This document shows positions 51,198 to 64,000 of a stretch of 64,000 nt of DNA, piece after piece. Origin of the DNA: Macrostomum lignano (Eukaryota); contig NIVC01001915.1 of assembly GCA_002269645.1 (NCBI GenBank), positions 62,001-126,000 of the forward strand, read 5' to 3'. Within the stretch, counting starts at the first letter, position 1, and every line of letters begins with the position of its first letter. The translations under genes and the position numbers were made by a program. The notes under the pieces were generated by a model, which saw nothing but the letters and a program-made list of their open reading frames with translations, did not search any database and had not been told where the DNA came from.

Positions 51198-52387
51198 TAG
51201 TGATAAGCTGATGAGCTTGAACCAATGCAAATTTACCCTGACACTGTAAACACGGCCTTTTCAGCTATTTTTGCGGGTCACATACGGACCGGATATCGAG
51301 CACTAGCGATAAATGATGAAGACATCAAAAAACACAGAGAGGCTGGGGGCGGTCAGGTTCCGACTCACATCCAAGGCGGCAGCGCCTTCAATATCTTAGC
51401 TAGCCAGACTCAGACAGACGGGCCTCTCATTTGGCATTCCTTCTTATAGGCCCGGTGCAAGAGAGGCAATAACAATATCTGTCAACTGTTTGGTGCAGCC
51501 GCACTTGGCATGTTTAGAGGCGGGCATTCGCGGTATCAGCTGACAGTTGTCGGTCGGAATTTTTTTATGCGCAAACTTGGCTCTGTTGAAAAAAAATTCT
51601 TTGCGCTGGTAATCTTGCCCAAAAACACAAAGAGTTCTTCACTTGCGGTTGCGTATATCTGTATCTAGCGCCATGGTTCCAATGATAGAGAAAGAAATTA
51701 AGAAAGAAGAAAGAAAGGATCGAGTCTCCTTACTGTGTAACCAGACGGTCCTATAAGTTCAGGGCTTTATTTTAAACTTTAGCTGCGTTTTATCTCTTCT
51801 TGTATTGCGTCTGCAGTCTTGCAGAGGCGCGAGCTGTGCAGCCAATACTGTTGGAGTCCGAGGGTCCTTGGAGCCCGATTAAAATGCAAAATTAAACTCC
51901 CACAGCAGAACGATTGCGTGCAGCAGGTGCATCTGCACTATATACTCGTATCTCTCTGTCTGACTCTCGAAAAACTTGTGCGCTTTTTGTCAAACTAACT
52001 ATTATCTACTGCTTGGCCACGTAATTTCCAAAAATTGACGCAATCAGAATTCTGACTCAATGACAAATTTTATTATTATTATAACAAACATTTGGGAATT
52101 AGGCTTTTAGAGTATACGAAGCGCGCAATGACATGGCGATAAATGACTACGCAACAGGGACTAACAAACTAAACACAGTATAGAATTTGAACTGAACAGC
52201 TCAGCAACACTCGAGTTGATTAACTACAAAGGCCAGGCGGGCGACACCCCAGCAGTTTCCAGCTAAAAGTTATTCGCGGAGTCAAGCAGCAACTCGGGAA
52301 AAAATGCAGACGAACGTGCGATGGAATTATCGGCACTACAGAGTACACAGCAGAGGGCTAACAGTTGGCCTGAGCTGGTCTTCGGGA

Positions 52388-53107
52388 TCACCCAGACCAG
52401 CCTTTGCACTTTCGTTTCTCGTCGCTCAGCAGCTCCTCCAGGCAGCGGCGGTACTTGTCCCGCTCGCGCGTCACCGACTCCAGCTGCTGGCGCAGGCTGT
52501 CCAGCCTGCTCACCAGCCCGGCGCTCTCGTTGGCCAGCTCGGTCTGGGCGCTGTGTCGTCGCTGCCGGCAGGTCTGGGCGTAGCGCCGGTTCTTCAGCGT
52601 CCGCCGGCGCCGCTTCAACCGCTGCACCGTCGCTCGGGGAAGGCTGCGAAGCCGGGCGTTCAATTCGCGGATGCTCAGTGAGACCAGCTCCAAGTCAGTC
52701 GGAGCCGGAGCTGGCGCGGCCGCTGGCGGCGTTGCAGACGGCGGCGGGGGCAGCAGCGCCTGCTGCAGTGTCGGCGGCGGCGGCGGCGGCGACTTTTCAA
52801 AGAAGCTGCAATCGAAGTCGTAGCGGTCATCAAAGTTGCCTGGCTTGACGGCAGCGGTCCAGAGCTCGGGATCCAGCGGCGGTGGCCAGTCCTGCTGCTG
52901 CTGCTGAGGCTGCTGCTGCTGAGGCTGCAGAGGCGGGGCTGGAGGATAAGTGAAGGCGGTGGCGGAGGCTGGAGACGACACCGAACTGCCGGCGTTGTTG
53001 CCGGGGCTCACAGTCGGCGAAGTGAAGTCGGACAGCAGGTCGCACAGCAGGGTGCCATCGTCCGGTTCGACCAGGTCTGGCATGTTCTGCAGATTAAAAA
53101 ATGACAT
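52388..53107 (-). CDS. MAF: Maf-family bZIP transcription factor (large-Maf-like), single exon, 239 aa
   Basis: Extended homology region TDLELVSLSIRELN; basic region LKRRRRTLKNRRYAQTCR; leucine zipper; N-terminal P/Q/acidic region with DRYDFDCSFFEK, resembling the large-Maf YVNDFDLMKFEVK. GCCATG start context; AATAAA at 52074-52069. Confidence 0.93.
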   Translation of the reverse strand: MSFFNLQNMPDLVEPDDGTLLCDLLSDFTSPTVSPGNNAGSSVSSPASATAFTYPPAPPLQPQQQQPQQQQQDWPPPLDPELWTAAVKPGNFDDRYDFDCSFFEKSPPPPPPTLQQALLPPPPSATPPAAAPAPAPTDLELVSLSIRELNARLRSLPRATVQRLKRRRRTLKNRRYAQTCRQRRHSAQTELANESAGLVSRLDSLRQQLESVTRERDKYRRCLEELLSDEKRKCKGWSG

Positions 53108-53201
53108 GGCTTGTATTTGACTGAATTTGATCGCTGGCGCGCCTTTGGCTCTGTGCAGACTGTGCGTGAAGCCTCTGGCGCCTGACCCCAGGCCTGACGG
53201 G

Positions 53202-53265
53202 TTTTATAGCCATCCCGCTTCAGTATCAGCAGGCCGGGGCTGGGGGGGGCGCCCAGATAACCAAT
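53202..53265 (-). promoter_or_regulatory. Candidate core promoter of the Maf gene
   Basis: TATAAAA on - at 53208-53202, about 95 nt upstream of the ATG; G-rich GC-box-like tract; CCAAT at 53261-53265. Confidence 0.5.
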
Positions 53266-54619
53266 GAGTGGAACAGTCAATAACTGCTTGTTTTGTTTAG
53301 TGCAAGTGCACTTTGGCGGCTCTTAGCTGGAGCGGAGCCGGACTATCGGGCGGATTGGAGGGGCTGTTGAGTGCTGGAAATCTAGGGGGACCTGCCTTCT
53401 ACGGGCCTGCTGCAAGATTTTTGACGGTCTTAGTAAAACAAATTTTAAAACTTGCAGTGTGCAGCTGTAGAACACTAACAAAAATTGACTGTTTGCTTTA
53501 CTTTGAATCTGAATGTTTTGATTCTGAAGCACTTTTGCGGTGCATTTGCAGTGTCGTGTTTTGTAGTGTAGTGTAGTGTCAAGTTTGAACAAAGTCGAAG
53601 TCAAAGTGGAACGAATTGGAAAATTATGATCCCTGGAGATGCATGCATGCCTGTGGAGGGGATTTCCTGTAATAATTTTCCTGCAATAAATTCCAGAACA
53701 CGGCATCACTTTTCACCCATACGGAGCTTCTGGACCTTCAACAGGTTGCACCAGATGACTATGGAGACCCTGTTGCGAATGTCTCCGATGTCTTCCATGA
53801 AGGCTCGATAGTGGGCAAGCCTCAACTGCTGGACATCTTCAACTAGACTCTCAAGCATACCGTCTTCACCCCGACGATGTCGGCACCTTCAACAGATGGC
53901 ACCGGGTGACTATCGTTGAAAGCTCAGTATCACAAAGTCACATCGCCAAGGACTTTATTATATTTACAAACATGCTAAGCCAGTGCAGGTTCATCTAATG
54001 CACTACTAAAATTCTGCAGGCCTAAAAGTCAGAAATTCTAGTGTTTCATATAAATTAATACTAAAAACTCAGAACAGATGCCCAACTGGAAGTAGTATCA
54101 TTAACTAAGGGCCGATATGGTGCTTTAGCAGCGGTGCCTGTGGGCTGAACTGGAAAAAAGCTTTGAATAAAAACTTAGCAAAGCAGTCATAGCTTCTTAT
54201 CCAAAAAATATCTGCTATCAGCAGCAAGCAGGCATTCTTCCGGCCCGAGCGCAAGACTCGGATCTCAGGCTTGAGCAGTTCACGCAGTATTTCTCATAGC
54301 AACCCGGAAATCCCCGATGTGAATCGTCGCTACTTCCTGAATCGAGTCGGTCCGAGGTTTTCTATTTCACCTCAAAGGTAAACAAAGTGGTAGGAAATTT
54401 TTTGTTTAGAATTCCAAGGGAAGACGATACGGTCGAATTCATATCACGAGACACTCCAGTATGGAAAGCCTAACGCGTGCATGTACGCAGACTTTTTGAA
54501 AAATATCCTCAACAAAAATCCCTTCAGACAGACAAAATGCATAGGAGAAGGGGAACAAGCTGCGAGAGACTGCATGCTTGCAGTAATGTCTTGTGAACTT
54601 GCACTGATGCAAGCGTCAC

Positions 54620-54905
54620 ACCTAAGCGTCACACCGTCACACCTTTAGGTGTGTCACACCTAAAGAGAGAGCAGATGTGACACAAGCGCACACCTAAAGA
54701 GAGAGCAGATGTGACACAAGCGCACACCTCAGAGAGAGCAGATGTGACACAAGCGCACACCTCAGAGAGAGCAGATGTGACACAAGCGCACATTTAAAGA
54801 GAGAGCAGATGTGACACAAGCGCACACCTAAAGAGAGAGCAGATGTGACACAAGCGCACACCTCAGAGAGAGCAGATGTGACACAAGCGCACACCTAAAG
54901 AGAGA
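54620..54905. repeat. 33-34-bp minisatellite AGAGAGAGCAGATGTGACACAAGCGCACACCTAA
   Basis: About 7 copies. Confidence 0.95.
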
Positions 54906-55539
54906 TACATGGCTGCCAAAAAATTTCCATTTGACGCAATATCCGGTCGCATTATCAGTCTGCTACTCGTCCAAATCAAGGTTCTGTTGAAGTCAGCCTC
55001 CGTAACATGTAGTTGCAGCACACACAACAGTCTTCTGTGTCTCTAGGCAAAAGAAGAACGCCTCTAATTAGTGATTTTATTCTCATATAGTACTCGCAGT
55101 TGCATTTTACCTTTGGTTAAAATTAAGCCAAGAGAATTTGAGCCGGTCAAAGCCCCCAGAGCCAGTGAAATGAAATGAAAACCCACGGAGCCGGTCGTTC
55201 GTTTCGATTTACTGTTTATTTTGCTTGCCGGATTAGAAAAAATGAATTCGCCAAGGACTTGCTTATAGCTGCCTAACTCCCGGTTCCACTGAGCAAACAG
55301 GTAAAATGTTTTTTAAGCAAGTAGTCGATTTTTTGGTCACTGCATGAGCTGTCTTATTCTGTGATGCAGATATAGGTATACAATTATTTATTAACCATTG
55401 TAATAGAAAATGTGGAAACTCTTGAAACGGAAATCCGCGACTGAAATAATTTTTTTTGCATTTAGTGGACAAATTAGACTCTGGTAAGACATAGCAGAAA
55501 ACTTTGAGTACTAAAGTTTTAAGGATCAGGCATCCTAGA

Positions 55540-56162
55540 CTGAACAAAGACCAGGTGTGTCCTTGACTATGAACAAAAATCAGTGTGTGTCCTTGACTAT
55601 GAACAAAGATCAGGTGTGTCCTTGACTGTGAATAAAGATTAGGTGTGTCCTAACTTGATTACGAACAAAGATCAGGTGTGTCCTTAATTGACTGTGAAAA
55701 AAGATCTGTGTGTGTCCTTGACTATGAACAAAGATCAGTGTGTCCTTGACTATGAACAAAGATCAGTGTGTCCTTGACTATGAACAAAGATTAGGTGTGT
55801 CTTAACTTGATTACGAACAAAGATCAGGTGTGTCCTTGACTGTGAATAAAGATTAGGTGTGTCCTTGACTGTGAACAAAGATCAGGTGTGTCCTTGACTG
55901 TGAACAAAGATCAGGTGTGTCCTTGACTATGAACAAGGATCAGGTGTGTCCTTGACTGTGAACAAAGATCAGGTGTGTCCTTGACTGTGAACAAAGATCA
56001 GGTGTGTCCTTGACTATGAACAAGGATCAGGTGTGTCCTTGACAATGAACAAAGATCAGTGTGTACTTGCCTGTGAACAAAAAGACCAGGTATGATCTTA
56101 ATTATGAACAAAGATCTGTGTGTCCTTGATTAATTGACTATGAAAATGATCAGGTGTGTCCT
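55540..56162. repeat. ~29-bp minisatellite GAACAAAGATCAGGTGTGTCCTTGACTGT
   Basis: About 19 degenerate copies. Confidence 0.93.
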
Positions 56163-56725
56163 TTTCCTCAAAAACCCGAGCCTCAAACCAAGTCTGTGTT
56201 GCAACAAACACAGAGACAATCAGTAAGCAATGAGGCCTGCAAGTCCGCTTCTCCCTAGGATGCAAGCTCCCTCTTCCTAATCTCTCGTCATTAGCCAAAG
56301 CTTCGTACCCCATTCCCAATTGAATTCTCGTCTTCAGTCACCTCCCGAGGCCCCCGCAGGCAAATGAGATCAGTTGTACTCATTTCCACAATTCTACTCC
56401 AGTTTCACAGGCCCAGACTGCTTAGATGGTGGGTCAAATAGGCAGAGCAACTCTGCTTTTTTCTTGGCCTAATCACGTCTTCCAGCCTGCAGCTCCGGTT
56501 GCGGGGCCGCGGGCACGGCGGTTGGGAAATTACAATTGGCAATTCGCTGCAGCAGCTACCGAAGCCAACTGGCATTGTGCGGCCTTGGCTTCCTGCGCCC
56601 GGCCTCTCGGTCACTGGGCACGGCGGGGTTCTTTCTGCCGTCTCTTTTCTGCTGTTCTGCTTTGTGCTTTCTCTTCTGCTTGCCCGTGAGTGCCTGCTTG
56701 TTCTGTCTGTTTTCGTACCCCAATC

Positions 56726-57002
<277 letters not shown>

Positions 57003-57511
57003 GCATTCCTAAGAGATGCAGCCAGTCTCCGGAAGCCAAGCGAGTCCCCACCCGGGAGTCAAAGCGGCAGGCAATTAGTGCAGTTTCCCGATCAGCTGCG
57101 AGTTTCAGCCAAGCCTTTCACAGCGCAGCCTTGCGCTTGCCTGAATGAGTCGCAGCTGGTTGGATGCGGGCGTAACTGAAGTGCATCTGCTAAAGAAAGC
57201 TTTTCCATGGAGAAGAACCTCAATCAGAAAGTTTCACTGTAGCTGCTCTGTCACTTACTCACTGCAACTCTCACGACAGCATTGAAACCGAAGCTCAGCC
57301 TGATCAATCTTCCCTTGTTGTGCTCAAACCAATGCATTCTTCTGTCTGATCTGCCATGCGAGACTTGACCCGCAAGGACTTCCTTTTCACCAATGAATGA
57401 ATAGAAAAATTCCAACCCAGACTTTAGGTATGCAGGTACGAAGTTTATTGTAAAAAGGAACTGCAGTTTTTGCGGGGTTTGAATTGTTTTATGTAGACAG
57501 TGCTGCGGCAC

Positions 57512-57758
57512 TCAGTCAGTCAGTCAGTCAGTCAGTCAGTCAGTCAGTCAGTCAGTCAGTCAGTCAGTCAGTCAGTCAGTCAGTCAGTCAGTCAGTCAGT
57601 CAGTCAGTCAGTCAGTCAGTCAGTCAGTCAGTCAGTCAGTCAGTCAGTCAGTCAGTCAGTCAGTCAGTCAGTCAGTCAGTCAGTCAGTCAGTCAGTCAGT
57701 CAGTCAGTCAGTCAGTCAGTCAGTCAGTCAGTCAGTCAGTCAGTCAGTCAGTCAGTCA
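57512..57758. repeat. (CAGT)n microsatellite overlapping the GPCR stop codon
   Basis: About 61 pure tetramers. Confidence 0.99.
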
Positions 57759-60700
57759 ACGGTTGCATCTCAAGGTTCTCCCGCCGGCTTCCGTCGGCGT
57801 GGACAATCGAGTTCAGGCCCGCCTGGCCCCGCGCAGGCCCTGGTCGCCGCCGCCACAGGCAAAGGAGGTCCCGCAGTCCTTGGCGAAACCGCTTGCCAAT
57901 GAGACAGTAGAGAACGAAGTTCAGGCAGGAGTTGATGAGGACCAGGAAGTTGGTGGCCGCAATCGCCAGCTGAGCTGCGTATCGCTCGCCCAAGGCGGAA
58001 TCACCCAGCACGTCCACGGTGGTCAGGATGACGTTGGGCAGCATGAACAGGTAAAAACTCAGCACTATCGCCATCGAAACGAAGGTTAATTGCACCTGTC
58101 AGTTGGGGAGTTGGTGCTTTTGACAGATTGACATACTTAGCCACCTCACTCCCCAACCACCTCACTCCCCAACCACCTCACTCCCCAACCACCTCACTCC
58201 CCAACCACCTCACTCCCCAACCACCTCACTCCCCAACCACCTCACTCCCCAACCACCTCACTCCCCAACCACCTCACTCCCCAACCACCTCACTCCCCAA
58301 CCACCTCACTCCCCAACCACCTCACTCCCCAACCACCTCACTCCCCAACCACCTCACTCCCCAACCACCTCACTCCCCAACCACCTCACTCCCCAACCAC
58401 CTCACTCCCCAACCACCTCACTCCCCAACCACCTCACTCCCCAACCACCTCACTCCCCAACCACCTCACTCCCCAACCACCTCACTCCCCAACCACCTCA
58501 CTCCCCAACCACCTCACTCCCCAACCACCTCACTCCCCAACCACCTCACTCTCCAACCAACTCACTCCCCAACCACCTCACTCCCCAGCCACCTCACTCC
58601 CCAACCACCTCACTCCCCAACCACCTCACTCCCCAACCACCTCACTCCCCAGCCACCTCACCACCTCACTCCCCAACCACCTCACTCCCCAGCCACCTCA
58701 CTCCCCAACCACCTCACTCCCCAGCCAGCAGTTCAGCATTCTCAGGAAGGAATTCAATCGAGCCAACTTGCTCAGCAGCATCACGGAACCGTTGCATGCG
58801 CCGACACATTAGCAAATAAACTTTCCTCGTCAAGTTTTGTTTAGCAAAAAAGCCACCCATGCAAAAGCTGAATGCAGATTACTTCCCCCATGCGCCGGCA
58901 TTCTATCAGGCAGTTTAGCTTCGCGCGCAAAGCACTCAGTAGAATCAAGCCCGCCCAGTTTCAAGTGGGTGGAGTTGGTAGAAAAGAATTAAAAAGTCCG
59001 GAGAAAGACTTGGGACCTTCCCCGTCTCTATCGCTCCTCAATCTCTCCCCCCTCACTCCCCCTCTCGAGTCTCTCAAGTCTGAAGGATTTGCGGCCCCCC
59101 TCGGCGTGCTTTTTGGTTCCTCCCGACTTATTCTGGATTAGGGCCGTGGGAACTGGGATTGGGAGTACTTAATCCACTAATCCAGGACTGTGAAGCCTTC
59201 ATTTTCAGTTGCTAAGCGCTAACAAGACAGAGCCGAGGTGACGTTCGCTGTCAGTTTCCGATCAGTTGAGAAAAAAAACATTTTAACTGAAATCGAGTTC
59301 TTACTGGAACCCGTCAGACAGGGGGGCTGTCTGACCCTTTCAAGTCAGGTTAACCTAGATTCCCGGAGATCGCCTCCGCTGATACGCCCGTAACTGATTT
59401 AAAAGGACAGCTTATCAAGCAGCGTAAGGCCTTCCATGCGAGCTAATGGGACAAGGACTTCAGAGAAAAACAAACTATTCTTCCTTAGGCGGATGAACAA
59501 CCTTCGGACCGATGGACGTCCAAACAAACAAACAAACACGTCTGACTCTCGCGCCGCTTCCTGCCTGGGGGGGGGGGTCTGTCGTGCGATTCTCATCCGC
59601 GAGGGCCAACCACCAAGGCACAGAGACTGTACATGCCTGATGATTAGAAAGCCGGGACCGCTGTGCACCCTGAGTGAGCGTGTGAACAAGTGCGTGCTAA
59701 TGGGATTTTAGCCTAGTGGTTAGAGCGTCGGACTCGCGACTTGAAGGTCGGGGGTTCGTTTCCCGATCCCACTCTCCATTGCTTGAGTTCACCCAGCTGT
59801 AAAATGGGTGCCAGCATTAGCTGGGGTAATTGAGGGTGTGTGGCGACCCCCCCAGTCTTTGGAATGAACAGCCGTACGCAGCCTCCAGATGCGCCGCGCA
59901 ATAGCTGCGGCTGAGCTGTCGGTTGCACATCTGGGTCAATTAGGGCAGGTGTAATCAACTATTATTATTATCATTATTATTACCGCTAGCTGTGGGACAT
60001 CTTAACAGACAGACAAGCCGACAGTAAACACGCGAAAAAACCCAAACGTTTCATAACAATAAACACTAAACAGTAAACAAAAAACAATCATGCAAACAGA
60101 TTCCGCCAGACCAACCTCTTTCTCCTGGTTTCTGCCGGCACTTCGCCACGCTTTGATGTTCCGCCTCAGGCAGACTGCGATTCTCACATTGGAGGCGGTG
60201 ATCGCGGCGACCGGGACAACGAAGTAGAAGATCGTGTACATCACGCCGGTGTACGCGATCTCGTACAGGCCGGTTGCCGTGTCGTTGCCATGCCGTAGCC
60301 AGTCCGCAGGTTTATAAGTGAATTTGTAGGGCCTGCAACTGGCCGGGCCGCCGGTCTCATTGACCGAGTGGTAGCAGCCGAACAGGCTCAGCGACCGCCG
60401 CATCAGCAGCTGCTTCTGCTTCTCGTCCGCCTGCAGCTCCTCGCCAACCTCGCAGGTGTCAACAACCAGCTCGAAGTACTTCGGCGCATTGTAGATGCCG
60501 CTGAACAGCAGCACCAGGCCGATGTTGCGCAGCACCGACCGACTGGACGGCGGCTCGGCGTTTGCGCCGCGGGCGACGGACAACGGACGGCAGACGGCGT
60601 TGTAGCGCTCGAACGACACCAGCAGCGTGATGTAGATGGAGGCCATCTGCATGGTGTAGCACACGGGCATGACGTACTTCACCGCGTAGCCGTGGGTCAG

Positions 60701-61081
60701 GTACAGGTCGTACAGCAGCCGGCTGCCCACCTGGTGGTACTCGTAGAAAACACCAAGCACGTTGATGAGGAAATTGCCCAGGATGAAGACGGCGTCCACG
60801 AGGCAAAGGGCGGAGAGGATGGTGAACAGCGGGCAGCGGCGCGGCCGGCTGGCTCGCTGGAGGACCACGAAGGACAGCGCGTTGCCGATGATGCCCAGGA
60901 TGGAGACGAAGCCAGTCAGGTAGAAGGCGAGCACCGTGGTGGCTAGCTGGAAGCCCAGGTGACCATCGGCTGGAAACACCGGGCTGACCGAGTCCTCCAG
61001 TTCGGCTTCCGCCGCAGGCGAGGACGCCATGTTGATGGCGAGCTCGTCAACGTTCGATGAGATGACAGTGACTGAAGACAT
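57748..61081 (-). CDS. Class A peptide GPCR, FMRFamide-receptor-like
   Basis: Exon 61081-60116 covers TM1-5 (GIIGNALSFVVL; LCLVD; ITLLVSFERYNAVCRPL; IYNAPKYFE; YFVVP). A phase-0 intron follows. Exon 58095-57748 covers TM6-7 (FMLPNVI; TNFLVLINSCLNFVLYCLIGKRFR). Confidence 0.92.
58140..58726. repeat. 16-bp intronic minisatellite ACCACCTCACTCCCCA
   Basis: About 36 copies. Confidence 0.98.
59702..59982 (+). mobile_element. tRNA-derived SINE, apparently full length, in the GPCR intron
   Basis: A box TAGCCTAGTGG (59709-59719) and B box GGTTCGTTTCC (59753-59763); foldable tRNA-like head; central TTCACCCAGCTGTAAAATGGGTGCC; (TTA)n tail. A second copy lies at 43936-44068. Confidence 0.88.
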
Positions 61082-61113
61082 GGCGTGGGCGCTGCGGGCG
61101 GGAGCCGTGAGGG

Positions 61114-62200
<1,087 letters not shown>

Positions 62201-63214
62201 CACCTGATTTCTGGCTACAGGAAGATGTCTCCAGTCCTCAGATGCAGTGAGTTTCCAGATGGGCTAGATTGCTAGTTAGTCAGGCTTGAGTCAAACCTCG
62301 CTCAAACGTGGCTCTTTCAGAGGGTTAACGAAGGGAAAAGCAGGCCAGTCATTGGCTGAGGCCCGCACAAATCCTCTCGGGTCTCGGAAGCTCCAATAGG
62401 GGAAATCGACGAGCGGCCATCGCAGGAGAAATGAAAATAGTTTTGTCAAAAAATAGAAAAAAACAATGCAAATATTTCTAAAAATGTGACTTTGTAGAAA
62501 AGATCTCAGCGAGCAAAAAGAGCTTCACAAGCCGGCTACAAGTTTGGTTCGCAGTGAAATATCAAAAATAGCTACGGAATTTTCCCACATGAAGACAAAA
62601 GCTTTGGTGGAAGGGCGAAGCGCCTTTATTATGTTATTCTATATATTTATTTATAGTCAGCGGGTTAGCAACAGTGATGCCGAGAACTTAATAAAGAGCA
62701 GGGAGCGGACGCTGCTGTCTTTTTGCCTGCACGCACGAAAACTCCGTTGGGAAGCAATCACACGGAAGAGAGCCGCCTTGAGCTGCTGACAGAATCTATC
62801 CTCACTCAAGCCAGACTCACACAGCCTTCTCTGCACTTCGACGGCATCAATCTATCAGCCCCATGATATATCCCCCATGCAATACCTTCTTTACTAAGTT
62901 GAGCTCAGCGATGCGTGGTATAGGCTGGCCGGGCCTGCTGCGTGGCAACAGAGAGTGCTGCTCATATGTATTTATACTGCTCAATTAAACTAATCCGCTT
63001 CTGTCGGAACTGATAAGAAACTGAGTTGAGAATATGACTGAGCGACAGGCGTGCTGTGATGTGGGACATCAGTAAACCAAAATATGCAACATTTTGAACC
63101 GAAATTAACTTAGAATTCTCAGATCAGTGGCCCTTCAATTTGCAATATCGAGTGTTACGCCATCAATCTCTAAGAACAGATTCAGTGCGCACAAATCAGT
63201 CATTAAAACAGATA

Positions 63215-64000
63215 TTATCAAAGATCAATAGCGCCGCCGCCACTGCTATCATCAAAGATCAATAGCGCCGCCCCCACTGATATCATCAAAGATCAATAGC
63301 GCCGCCGCCACTGCTATCATCAAAGATCAATAGCGCCGCCCCCACTGATATCATCAAAGATCAATAGCGCCGCCCCCACTGCTATCATCAAAGATCAATA
63401 GCGCCGCCGCCACTGCTATCATCAAAGATCAATAGCGCCGCCCCCACTGATATCATCAAAGATCAATAGCGCCGCCCCCACTGCTATCATCAAAGATCAA
63501 TAGCGCCGCCGCCACTGCTATCATCAAAGATCAATAGCGCCGCCCCCACTGCTATCATCAAAGATCAATAGCGCCGCCGCCACTGCCACCATCAAAGATA
63601 ATAGCGCCGCCCCCACTGCTATCATTAAAGATCAATAGCGCCGCCCCCACTGCTATCATCAAAGATCAATAGCGCCGCCCCCACTGCAGTTATCAAATAT
63701 CAATAGCGCCGCCAATGCCATCATCAGAGATCAATAGCGCCGTCACTGCCATCATCAAAGGTCAATAGAGCTACCACTGCTGTTATCAAAGATCAATAGC
63801 GCCGCCCCCACTGATATCATCAAAGATCAATAGCGCCGCCCCCACTGCTATCATCAAAGATCAATAGCGCCGCCGCCACTGCTATCATCAAAGATCAATA
63901 GCGCCGCCCCCACTGCTATCATCAAAGATCAATAGCGCCGCCGCCACTGCTATCATCAAAGATCAATAGCGCCGCCCCCACTGCTATCATTAAAGATCAA
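63215..64000. repeat. 34-bp minisatellite ATCAAAGATCAATAGCGCCGCCCCCACTGCTATC (runs off window)
   Basis: About 23 copies. Confidence 0.97.

Noticed and set aside
53895-53925. Second CACCGGG seed match
   Set aside because: Pairing is limited to about 6 bp, with no miRNA-like duplex and no miR-36 3' similarity.
56365-56392. bantam-like TGAGATCA
   Set aside because: There is only a short local hairpin and no precursor arm.
59635-59660. Hammerhead-like CTGATGA...GAAA
   Set aside because: There is no stem II, and no flanking stems I or III.
59702-59772. Functional tRNA gene
   Set aside because: The anticodon stem is mismatched, and the sequence continues into a SINE body and tail that are present in a second copy.

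Overview
Eukaryotic (animal) genomic DNA. It has intron-containing genes, GC-rich exons and a very heavy load of mini- and microsatellites; the overall style suggests a free-living flatworm such as Macrostomum (inference only). Coordinates were counted by hand. Eight protein-coding genes are supported. (1) A Neto-like CUB-CUB-LDLa gene (-; five domain exons plus a probable signal exon; TM exon not found in the window). (2) A G-protein gamma subunit (+). (3) A heparan sulfate 3-O-sulfotransferase (-). (4) A secreted Tyr/Gly-rich orphan (-). (5) A protein with at least five extended Tudor domains and a Gln-rich coding VNTR (-). (6) A class I Rab11-FIP (C2 + FIP-RBD; -), whose conserved domains are not shown in the ORF track. 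(7) A large-Maf bZIP (-). (8) An FMRFamide-receptor-like class A GPCR (-). The window also holds a miR-36-family pre-miRNA hairpin (33441-33527, -), a tRNA-derived SINE (one full and one truncated copy), a TA-flanked non-autonomous TIR element, LINE 3' remnants and about 30 tandem arrays. The most interesting signal is the co-oriented trio of miR-36, multi-Tudor and the Tyr/Gly-rich eggshell- or glue-like gene, which could be a germline/egg module. No CRISPR, rRNA or prokaryotic systems are present; most long ORFs in the track are repeat artefacts.
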